A DNA stretch of 64,000 nt. Origin: Geosiphon pyriformis uo1 (taxonomy: Eukaryota > Fungi > Glomeromycota). The position numbers were made by a program, and so were the translations under genes. Positions 52,339 to 64,000 of the stretch are shown here, one piece after another. Each line of letters begins with the position of its first letter. Position 1 is the first letter of the stretch. Where the stretch lies: NCBI GenBank assembly GCA_016748015.1, contig JAAOMT010000134.1:3429-67428 (forward strand), written 5' to 3'. Below the pieces are notes generated by a model. It searched no databases. It had not been told where the DNA came from and saw only the letters and a program-made list of their open reading frames with translations.

Positions 52339-55300
52339 GTGGCAGAATCAGAAAACATCAGAGCAAACCATCTAGGATTTGTGAAATCCTTATTTCAACA
52401 TTACTATTAATATTTAGAATTAACCCATAATCACATATCAGCAGAATCAGCTTTCAATTTCTATGTCAACAAAAGGATTGCCTATCTGTTGGGAACATCC
52501 ATGAATATTGAATCAGCGAGAGAAACTTTTTATAATGAATTAATTCAAAACACCAGCCTACTTACAAATCATAATTTCGCATTCATCATCACTGAGATCA
52601 ACAAAGAAATTAAACACCACACACAGTAAAGATACCTAATTACTTACACAAGTAAAGGCAAAAAAAAACTACAAACACCAGCAGTAATACCTCAAAAGAT
52701 ACAACCACCCACTTAGAAGAAAACTAGAGTTAAGTCCCCAAACAACCCATCTTACCACTATACTCTTAGAAGTGCCATCAATATATCATCAACAGACATG
52801 TCCACATCAAATGCAACATCAGCATTTGGACGTTTCCCATTCCAAAGTAAACAAAAGAAAAAGGATCTACTAGAACTATACAGCGAGTATTTTGAAAAAT
52901 TTATATCTCAATCACTAATGCCATCAAGATTTCGATTACCACCACCTTAACCAAATTTCAGAATTGTGAGTTCTTGGGAAATTACTGAATTGGAAGAAGA
53001 ACAAGAAATAGAAGAGGAAGAAGAATCTGAGGATCAAGAATTTACTTACCAAAACCTGATTCTAGAAAACCCGGAAATTGAAACTCTGAACTTTCAGACC
53101 CAGCCAAATTTGGACAATCAGGAAAATGATACTCTGAATATTCAAACCCCACCAAATCAGAACAATCTAAACCCTGAAGTAATTAATCAACACTTACCTC
53201 CAGTTATCGTCATTGATTAACTATTCATTGAACCAATTGGCCAGTCTATTCAACCACTGAACCAACAAAATCAACAACTACCATCAGTATTGCCTCAACA
53301 ACAACAACAACTTCTACTACCACAGCAACAACAAATGGCTTATGCACCCATCACGAAACTTGACAAATTCAATGATGAAGAAGATAATGTCCAAGTCTGG
53401 TTAAATGACATAGTCAAAGCCATCACAGCCAATAATTGGGATAATACTAGAGCAATACAAGTGATTTCTTATTTTCTCCAGGATACTGCTGATGCATGGT
53501 ATCAAAGCCTTGCTGTCAAACCCCAAAATTTTAATGGATTCAAAACTGAATTCTTGTGGTACTTTAGCAACAATAATAGTATTAACAAATTAACTAACAT
53601 CTTTACAACTATCAGACAAGGAGACACTGAAGCAGTCACTACCTACTTGGGATGCTTCCATAGAAATCTATGCCAAATACAAGCCATCCAAGCCAACTAT
53701 TTCACAGTGCCACAGATTTTAAATCAATTTATTAGAGGATTGTGCAGTAGCATCCTATAATGAGTACGTCTAATACATTCAGTGGACCTTCCAACCATAG
53801 TCACTTATGCCAGAGATTTTGAAGCAGCTGAACTAGAAGCTAATCACACTTAAGCTGTAAATCTAGCAATGAATGGATCATCTGAATTGTAATTCAATTA
53901 ATCAGAAATTAGAGGGATACTTAGCTAACAATCACACGATTTATCAACCTCCTCAATGGCATAACAATCAGAGAAATGCAAATCATTTCCAAAATCAGTC
54001 ACGTCTATTATTATCATCCAATCAGTCATGGCAGCCAGAGATGTGCATCTGTCACAACTGTGGTAAACAAGAGCACATCAAAGCCAACTGCCATACTTAT
54101 AGTAATTCATGACCAGAAAATCAATATAAAAACTCTGATCACCAATTCCAGACTCTGAACCATCAACTGAATCAAGACCAATACCAACCTAATTATCTGC
54201 CTATAATGCACCAACCAATTTATCAACCACCAGTTTATCAAACTCCAGTTTATCAACCACAGTTACAAGCAATTTATCAGGCACAACCATAAGTAATATA
54301 TCAACTGCAGCCACCAGCAATCTATCAAACACCCACCATTCAAACACCACCAGCAAACCCAGCTCAAATGACATCAGAGAACCCAAGATCGAGGATCACC
54401 CAAAACTGGAGATCAGCAATGGTTGTACATCAACCAATCCCCAGCTCTTCCCACCAACAGTCAAAATCTTGTCAGTGGAATTCGGGCATCAGTCCCACCC
54501 AAAACCCGAATTCCCAATACTATTTAAGCCTTCTGATAACTCCAGAAGATGCCGCATCCAGCAATCAGGGAATCGAACAACAACAACTACCTACCAATAA
54601 TATCCCATCTGCTATAATCACCAAAAATAAATCTTTGGATGCCATCTTTCCATTCGAACTTAAAGAACCATTAGATATGTCATTATTCAGTAGAGCAGCA
54701 CTTGAAGAGAAACCAATCACTGCCATATATCTGATGCCAAGATTGATGACCACTCCATCAAATTAATCCTTAATAGTGGTTCAGTAGGCAGCATCATCAC
54801 ATGACAACTCATGAATCAATTAGGTTGCCAAGTTGATTGTACTGTCAGCACCAGAATTATTACCACAGATGGAGCCACCAAAATTCCAATTGGCGAAATT
54901 GATAACTTCTCAATTGAAGTTAATGGCATCATAGTATCTATCAAAGTTCTGGTGATGAAAACCACCTAATACCAAGCTTTAGTTGGTAATAACTGGCTAT
55001 CCAAAACCAATGCCATGCTCGATTGGATGATTTAAGAACTAGTACTCAGCCAGAATGGTCAACACACACAAGTACCAGCAATGTGTGGTTATTTTAAAGC
55101 TACCAACACCACAGCACCACTAATTGACTTTGAAGAAGAAAAACCAAAACCTACCTGGGAAGTGTATTAAGTCTTATAGGCTGATGAAAAACACAACGAG
55201 CTGCTGCCAATACTCTTATGGGATGACAACAGCAAAGAAAAACAGAAGGGAACAGAACTTACCTGAAATGCTGACCAAGCCTAGAATACCAACCACGACT

Positions 55301-55584
55301 TAGAAGAATTACCAAGTTGGGAATGAGATAAGAGAGAAAAAGGGAAAAGAAAAGCGAAGGAAGAGGAGCCACTACCAACTGTCAGTTACACTTCTTATAC
55401 AGATATACCACCACAATTATTGAGCTATTGTAAACCAAAGCTCATATGCATCGATTGTGACAAAAAATTGTTGTCAATAGGTGCATGCTGTAGTAATGAC
55501 AAGGAATACCAGATGGCAACTAAGTTTTATTGCCATGCATGTCTCGTTGAATGCTTTCAAAGACCAAAACGAGTGAGAAAATGG
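52339..55584 (+). pseudogene. gag: D ORF1 (GTG start): Gag, CCHC, protease, start of Cys-rich domain
   Basis: MAYAPITKLDKF; CHNCGKQEHIKANC; ILNSGSVGS; CIDCDKKL. Confidence 0.85.
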
Positions 55585-56347
55585 TGTTATAGTTAATTAT
55601 TTGGGGTCTCAAGTCAAATAACAAATCCGTAACTTGGTGCTCAAAAGCTATTTCTGTTGATAATGTTCTGAAAGTATTATATCTGAAGATTTTGATGGAG
55701 TTTTTTGTATAATGGACAGAGATTCAATAGTGATGATGTTCACATGTTCAGCTGTTTTCCAATTTCTTTCTCAGCATGGTGGCCAGATTTATTCTGGCAG
55801 TTATGCCCTTCTGGTAAGCTAATTGATAATATATATAAATCTACTCTTATTTCTGGGTTTTTTACCAGGCTATCTGTGACATCAATAACTCAGCACTTTA
55901 ATCCTTAATCAATTAGTATACAACAATGAAATCAAAGAAAAGAAAGAAAATAAAATAAAGAAAATAAAAGAAGTTAAAAAAGTAAGCCAAGGTGATTTGC
56001 AAGTTAGTATCCCATCAATAGCTGTAATCAAGAGCTATTGTTCTAGTGTGGTTAAGTATCAATTTCTATTAACATAAAGTGTTGATAGTGGAAAAAGAAT
56101 TGTAGTAACAAATAATTATTTATTAGATGATTTGGAATTGGAAAGTTGTTTTGATTAAATCTAAATTGAGAGGTCTGTCCTTTTAGCTTCTAATACTACT
56201 GCTATATATACATAATTGAGATTCCTCAATTCCTCGATTCTTTATGACAAGAATCCTGGAATTCCTGGAATTTTGCAATTTCTTTGAGAGGAATCCTGGA
56301 ATTCTGGAATCCTGCAATTTCTTGTGTGAGAATTCTGTAATTCCTGG
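55585..56347 (-). repeat. Family B-like LTR E (3' LTR or solo LTR), interrupted by A3
   Basis: Starts TGTTATAG; collinear with B LTRs; left flank ATGG. Confidence 0.85.
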
Positions 56348-57373
56348 TGTTACCAGACGAAATTAGAGATATTATTTAGCATGAAATTATCTTATAAATC
56401 CTATCATTAATTAGCATATATTATCATTTCAAATTATCACTTATTACATTAGCAAAATGTCTGAAATTATCATTTAATTAATAACCCAATTTGTACACAA
56501 CACAAATGTAACCTAATTGCGATGATCAAATCATGCAATACCCCGAACTATGTAACATTCAAAAGTTTGCCGAAATTTGTAGAAATTCACCAAAATAATT
56601 GATAGTTCACCGAAATATCTAATAGTTTGCAAAAATAACTTGTAGTTTGCCAAAATGCATCTTTAGTTCAGCAAAATTGTAGAAAATAGCAAAGTTCAAG
56701 TTCATAGAATAGTGTTATGACAAGTTGTATAAAAGAAGAACATCTCTCTTCAAAAAAATGTATCTTACTTTAGATTTATCACTTAGAACTATTCCTACAC
56801 ACACAAAAAGAAATAAATATCAAATAATTTGAAAAACCAAATTTTTTAAATTATTGCATTTGGAAAATCCTCAAAACCCAACTAACGTTTTGAAATTGAT
56901 TAGCTACCAATTTCAGTAAACTGTTAGTGACTCCAGGCCTGAATAGAAAACGTTTTTCTTGACAAAATTCTATTTCTTTTACATTTCTTTTATTTTTTTA
57001 TTTTTTTTTATTACAATTATTAAGGTAGCCTACAGACAAGATTCCTGTAGAAGAGTTGACTTTCACAGCAAAGTAACTACACATTTTTAGTGAGCTTCGA
57101 GATGAGCAATTTCTGGGAAAGAGTTGACATTTACTACAATGTAACTACATAAAGCAACTGGCATGGAATTGGCTATTCCATTCATAAGCCCAACAAGTTC
57201 AAATTATAGAAGATAATTTGAAGATAAATTCAGTTACTGGAGGTCCAACTACTTCCTGGAAACGTGAATTCACAGCAAACAGGCATCAACAACATTCAAA
57301 AAAGGAGACCAAAAACCTTCAGTAACATTTGGTGCTCTCTTATGGAAATAACACAACAACAACAAAATTCAAA

Positions 57374-60300
57374 GTGGCGACCACACCAGACACAACAACT
57401 CTAGAGTATTACCAATCAATTTACATCCACTGCAAGCAAAGATTCAACATTTCAGACGGAATTGAAGTTGTCAAGAAATCAGTATACCAATACATTGAAA
57501 ACCACATCAACAATTATCTTTTTGGAAATTACAATATCTCAGAAGTTAGAAGCAACCTTTACAATAATTTAGCACACTATTCACAGTTGAGAACTGAAGA
57601 TCTTAACAGCAAAACACTTGCCACTTACTTTCATGAACTTAATTTTAACATTATCAAATACTGTGAAGAAACATACCCAGTGCAATCTCAATATTCTATT
57701 GATTTTGAATCGAAAACAGAAACAAGCAACAAAGGCAAAAACAAATTAAAGCAATACTCAAAAACCACCCCAAATACTCCAACACTACCAAAAACCACTG
57801 CCAAACATTTACAAACACCTGAACAAGGAACTAGTTCAAAACTTTCACTTACAATCACACCTTTTCCAGCTTTACTTGCACAAGCACAAATGCCTAATTC
57901 ACTCTTAAATCAATTTGCAAGACCAGAAGATTTTACATCACTCAGAAGTCCCATCAGACAACAAGAACCCCTTCAAACTAGTTCCAATCTCCTTGACTTT
58001 CTAGCTAAAAATCAAAGTGAACACTCTGAGACAGCAGTGAACAAAGAAAACGAACCTGAAATATCTGAAGAAAAATCAATAGACTGTGAAAACAAAGAAG
58101 ACAGAATGACAACATACATCACAAAAATCCCTGAATTTAATGGAGAAGACATTAAGACCAGTTCCCAAGAATGGCTCAACCAAGTTACTAAAGCTGGAGA
58201 TGCAAATGGATGGAATGCTGCCAGAATGTTAAGAACAATTCCCTACTTTCTCAAAAGAACAGCAGGAGAATAATTTGAAAACTTGGCCACCCCATTCAAT
58301 GATTGGAACGCTTTCAAAGCAGCCTTCCTTGAACAGTTTACTGACAATAATACCTCCATCACCTTTCGCAATCATTTTCGAAATATCAAACAAGAACCCT
58401 CCGAATCTGTCATAACTTATATTGGGAAATTTAACAAACTTCTTAGACAAATTCGCCAACTCGAAACAAACAATTATTATTCCAATGCTCAAATCTTGGA
58501 TCAATTTATCGCTGGTTTAAAAGATAAACTAATTAAAAAAGTTTGCCCACATACACCAGAAGATTTAAACTCTGTCATACAGCATGCGAAAAGATATAAA
58601 ATGGTCATGGAAGAGGCCAATTGCACAAAACTTGTAAATTTGGCAATTGGAGAAACCAGCTCAGCAGCTAAGGAAAAAATTAACCAACTCACAAAGAAGG
58701 TTGAAAACTATTTTACCAATCAACAACAACAGCAACCCCAAAAATATCAACCACTCCAAAGACGAAATCAAAATAACTTTGCACCACTTTCCAATAACCA
58801 GCCTCAGAATTGCCATTACTGTGAAATCTTTGGCCACTGGAAAAGAGATTGCAGAAAGCTACAATGAGACCAACAAAATAGGAGTAATCAACGTTACCCT
58901 CCACCACAGCAATCTTATTATCAACCACCACCACCAGCTTANNNNNNNNNNNNNNNNNNNNTCAGTTTAAACAACCAATTAGTTCCCCGAAATTTCACTC
59001 AACCAAGACCCAACCACTACCACACTCAACCCAGTTATTTAACAATGCCAGAAGAACAGGATTTTCACCATACTGCACCCTCAGAAGGTAGAGCTGCAGC
59101 ACAACAACAAAACCCTTCCTATACTGTCACCACAATTCCACCAGCCAGAATTGCTGAAAATGCTAATCTTTCAGATATATTCTTTTTTGAGTTCGAAGCA
59201 AATGAGTCACTATTCCTGCTTAGCAATGCAGCCACCAATGAACAAAAAGCAATCACGGCTATGTACACTGAAGCAGAAGTCAAAGGAAAGACAATTTGCT
59301 TGATCCTAAACAGTGGATCTGCCAGAAGCATTATCACCTACCAGCTAATACAACAGTTGAAGAGAAATGTTGACCAACCAGCTCAAACAGTAATCGTCAC
59401 TACTGATGGCATGAAAAAAACCCCAGTAGGAGAAATTGACAATTTTCCATTTACTCTTGATGGAATCACCATTCCAGTCAAAGTTCTTGTAATGGACACA
59501 CCCCAGTACTAAGCTCTTGTCAGAAATGATTGGCTTCAAAAAGCCAATGCTAATCTGAATTGGGAAACACAAGAGTTAACAATTTCCTACTAAGGACAAC
59601 ACGTCTGGGTACCTGTCACTTGTGGTACATTCAACAAATGCTCTGAAAAAGCCCCGGCTTTTGAATTCAAACTGGAAGAAGAAAAACCCCTCATTAAAAC
59701 ATTCATGGCTCTTGGATCAATGTCCAACTGGGCCGATGAAACAGAACAAGAACATTTTACCCCACACTTTGAACCCAAAACCTCTGAATAGAATATCCCT
59801 TACTCAAAACTCGAACCAAGAAAACAATGCCTCTATATTCTCCTTAAATGTAAAGACTGCCACAAAAAACTATTGTCAATGGGAGCCTGCATTTCACCTG
59901 AAGAAAAATATGAAAATTATACTTGTTATTACTGCAAGGCTTGCCACAGAGAACGATGGGGCCATCTAATAAAAAGGAGCGAAAAATAAGACAACACCCC
60001 TTGTTTGACTTGTGGAAATATGCTACTGGAAGAATGCAATTGGATTGATATAGCCATGAGAGAAGGAGTCTGCAATCAGACCTGCCAATATGTTTTATCA
60101 ATTTCAGAAAAAGTAAAAAGAGGAACACTCTTTAATGCAGCATACAACAGTGCTCTTAACAAACTTTATTACTACCCCCATGATGCCGAGATGATTTTTG
60201 ACCTAGCAATGGCATTAATTAATAGAGCTACCAAAGAAGATGTTTGTCAAATGAAGGAAGCAGAATACATTGAATACACCATGGAATTAGCTGAATTTGA

Positions 60301-62842
60301 TTACAAAGACAAAGTAGAAGTCTACCACCAAATTGTAAGTCATACCTACCCAACCCAAGAAGCTCAAATTCAATGATTAGAGCAAATGAACATTAGACTA
60401 TGTGAAGAATGCATTATGTTTTGTAATGAACAGTGGTGTCCTGAATGCTACGCTTTTAGCATCCCCTTGCCCAGCAAAAATAATGAGAATGAAATTGAAT
60501 TTGGAGAACCTGAAACAATGGAAGAAATTGAAACAACACTCATCTACCTTATCAAAAATCAGCTTGCCTTACAACTTAAATACTTCAACAACAATGGACA
60601 AGGAATAAAACCCGAAAAAGCACACAAAATTGATGCTGGATATGACCTAAGATATCCAGACAAGGATACTCTTGTTCTCAAACTCAAATCTCTCACAAAA
60701 ATTAATCTCAAAATTGCACTTGAAATCCTGCCAGAAGCAATGATTTAAATCACCTCCTGGTCTTCTCTGGCAAGCAAAAGAATCAATGTCAGAGGAGAAA
60801 TAATCGATGCTGGATATACTGAAGACATTACAGTGATGCTTCAAAATGAAACTAACAAACCATTCAGAATTGAACATGCTGAAAAAATTGCCCAAGCTAT
60901 TTACCTATCCCTAATCAACATTTTGGGTTTGCAACTAGTCAATTAAAGAGAACAATTAGGAAAAAGCGATAGAGAAACCCAAGGTTTTGGTTCAACTGGA
61001 TGATTCACAGTTCCAGTTTATATAGTTCTTAATACATAGAACAAATCCCACCAGATTCTCAGACTTCTATAACCAATTACCATCTCACTCTTTGGAGAAC
61101 ATCTGGAAATCTACATCTGTCCAAAGCCAACAACCACACAACAAATTTTTGAGTCCAATGAACAAGTCTGCTTGGAACATAATATTTTGATCCCAAACGT
61201 TTATATTCCAGAAAAAACAAAGAAAGTCCGAGTTACTTTTTACAACTCCAATAATTACCCCATAATTTTATTAAATAATTTAGAAATTGGAATTATTCAC
61301 AGTAATATATTTTAACAAGAATTATCCCAAACAGTTCCTGATTTCTCTGAAATTATTGGACATTCACTACCAAAAATCAACCCAAACCCCAGCTCCGAAA
61401 ATTACCATGTTGTCATGGAAAAACTATCTCGAATCAACATGGGACAACTTGAACCACAACAACAGACCCAGCTCAAAGAGCTAATTGCAGAATTTGCCGA
61501 TATCTTCACTGAAAACAACAATGACTTAGGAAGAACTGATTTGGTCCAACACCAAATTTATACAGGAGATGCCAAACCAAGAAGACAACAAGCATATTGA
61601 GTTGCTCTAGAAAGCCACCAATTCATCCGAGAAGAAATACAACGAATGCTTAACAATGAGCTCATCCAACCCTCTATGAGTCCTTGGGCTTTACCTGTAA
61701 TGTTAGTTAAAAAGAAAAATGGAAAGATCCGATTTTGTGTTGACTATCAACAACTCAACAGTGTTACAATTGGAGATGCCTACCCTCTTTCCCAGATTGA
61801 TAACATGTTAGATGCCCTTAAAAAATCCAAATACTTTTCAACACTAGATTTAGAAAACGGTTACTGGCAAGTTGCTATGGATCCCAAAGATCACCCCAAG
61901 ACAGCATTCACCACCCAAGACAGAAATTACAAGTTCAATGTAATGCTTTTTGGATTATACAATGCACCAGCAACATTTCAGAAATTAATGGATGTTGTGT
62001 ACCAAGGACTTCTTTGGAAGTCAGTAGTCATTTATCTTGATGATACTGATGTTTATTTTCCATCGTTCGAATTACACTTAAAACACCTGTGAGAAGTTTT
62101 TCAACGATTACAAAAAACAGGATTAAAACTCAACATCAAAAAATGCTACTTTGGAAAAACAAGCTTGGCCTTTCTTGGGCATATCATTAGTAAAGATAGA
62201 ATCAAACCGAACTCTGGAAAAATCAGTGTTGTCAAAAACTTCAAAACTCCTTAAAACACTACAGAACTAAGAGGATTCATAGGATTAGCATCTTACTATC
62301 AGAAGTTTATTAAAGGATTCTCAGAAATTGCAAAACCCCTTAACCAGCTCATCACCAAAAACGTTGAATACAAATGGACTACCAAACACCAAAAAGCTTT
62401 TGAAATTCTCAAGGAAAAACAGACAACAGCTCCAATCCTCATCTACCCGGATTTCAGCAACCAATTCCGATTAGCAACAGATGCCTTTTATACTGCCTTT
62501 GGTGCTATTCTATCACAATTGGATAACAATGGAAATGAGCGAGTAATCGCCTATGCCAGCAGAACATTAAAACCAGCTGAGAAAAATTATCCTGCCACAG
62601 AACTAGAAACAGCAGCCATAATTTGGGCCTTACACCATTTCAACCTTTATCTCAGGCCTAAAGAATTCGATATTATCACTAATAATATTGGACTCAAATA
62701 GCTTCAGAACAAAAATACTCAGCTGAATGCAAAACAAACCTGATGGACAGGATTTCTAGCAAACTATTGATACATAATACATCACAAACCAGGAAAACTC
62801 CACACCAATGTTAACTGTCTCTCCAGAATGAAACAAAATTAG
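57374..62842 (+). pseudogene. A3 ORF1: Gag-PR-Cys-rich-dUTPase (~60620-61000)-RT-RNase H
   Basis: All homologous ORF pieces from 57329 to 62519 share one frame (the N gap makes phase across it uncertain); intact YLDD at 62033-62044; ends SRMKQN*. Confidence 0.9.
58942..58961. other. Assembly gap (20 N) in the Q/P-rich gag region
   Basis: N run; the homologous stretch in A2 is longer than 20 bp. Confidence 0.95.
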
Positions 62843-62894
62843 AAAACACAAAAACCAACACTCAACTTAACCAACCAAAAGAACCAACAAAACA

Positions 62895-64000
62895 ATGAAT
62901 TCAGAAAATTACAACAATCTCAAACAATATTTGAAAACATTAACAATCCCAACAAATTGGTCTCCAGATGAAAAACATCAACTACAACAACAAGTCAAAC
63001 AATATTTTCTACACAACAACATTATTTATCATCAAAATTTCAAAAACCCAAACAAATCACTCAGATTAATACAAGAACAAAAAAAAGACACCATATTATA
63101 CAACATGCACTCAGATCCTTCATCAGCACACTTCAGAAAAGATAGCACCACCCAAAAAACACTAGAATACTACTTTTGGCCTCGAATGAGGAAAAACATT
63201 CACAAATATGTCGAATCTTGTGATAATTGTCAAAGAAGAGGAGGAACACACCTTACTGAACCATTAAATCCAATCAAAGTTGGACAACCTTTTGACTGAG
63301 TTGGTATTGATTTAGTCAGACCACTATCTATCACCACTCAAGGAAACCGTTATATTGCAGTAGCTATAGACTATCTTACTAAATGGCCCGAAGCCAGAGC
63401 CATTCAATGAGCAGATGCGAAATCAGTAGCAAATTTCATCTATGAAGACATCATTTGTAGACACAGATGTCCAATTGAACTTTTATCCAATCAGGGGACA
63501 CACTTTGTGAACAACCTGATACAAGAAATTTGCAAACAATTCAATGTTAAAAGACCTCTGTCTTCGCTCTACCATCCACAAACAAACAGACTTGTGGAAT
63601 GTTTTAACAGAACATTGTGTGAGTCATTAGCCAAAGTCTTAACCGATTTTGAGCAAGAGTGGGATATCTTTATTCCATCAGTGTTGTTAGCATACAGAAC
63701 ACTAAAACAAGATACCACAAAACACACACCATTTGATTTAACTTATGGAAGAACAGCAACATTACCAATTAGTTTCACAGTGGAAACATACCCAGCACAA
63801 CCAATCGATGAAAACAATTTCCAAGAAATGCTTCAGTGAAGAGCCTACACTCTGCTTAGCACATTGGAAGGAAAATGATGAATAGCAGCCACCCATATTG
63901 AACACTCCCAAGCTCAACAAAAAAAATGGCATGATGACAAATTGCCTCCAATCACCAATGAATTTAAAATCGGAAACAAAGTTCTCTTATACAGAACTAA
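62895..64000 (+). pseudogene. A3 ORF2, stand-alone integrase (partial)
   Basis: MNSENYNNLKQYL; HSDPSSAH...CDNC; YHPQTNRLVECFNR; frame differs from ORF1. Confidence 0.88.

Larger units (their letters stand above)
51432..55584 (+). mobile_element. Ty3/Gypsy element D (family B-like), 5' part; remainder outside the window
   Basis: 5' LTR 51432-52277 (termini decayed to TA..TA); PBS 52280-52296; left flank ACAG. Confidence 0.88.
56348..64000 (+). mobile_element. Ty3/Gypsy element A3 (family A), truncated by the window end
   Basis: 5' LTR 56348-57327; PBS 57330-57340; left flank CTGG. Confidence 0.92.

Overview
This window is eukaryotic, AT-rich, entirely transposon-derived DNA with no host gene. 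The proteins resemble repeats I associate with Glomeromycotina fungi such as Geosiphon; that is recognition only and unverified. Decayed LINEs (APE-RT-RNase H) form the substrate for two nested stacks of Ty3/Gypsy LTR retrotransposons. Stack 1: LINE L1a > A1 (+, 848-30685, TSD ACAG) > A2 (-, 2672-22609, TSD ATGG) > B (-, 11729-21836, TSD ACGT/ATGT). Stack 2: LINE L4 > D (+, from 51432) > LTR E (-, from 55585) > A3 (+, 56348 to window end). Also present: near full-length LINE L2 (-, ~32017-38879), a solo LTR (39532-40408) and a non-autonomous LTR element C (43313-46802) inside LINE L3. All copies are inactivated mainly by C>T/G>A transitions with few indels, so ancestral frames can be read. They reveal an unusual three-ORF Gypsy architecture shared by two divergent families. 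ORF1 is a single GUG-started frame (novel N-domain-Gag-PR-Cys-rich domain-dUTPase-RT-RNase H) ending in a conserved stop. ORF2 is a stand-alone integrase with its own ATG in another frame. ORF3 is a conserved ~220-240 aa unknown protein in the env position. Priming appears to use elongator tRNA-Met, the PBS can pair with a U5 complement, and the 4-bp target sites fit (A/C)-CG/TG/CA-(G/T).
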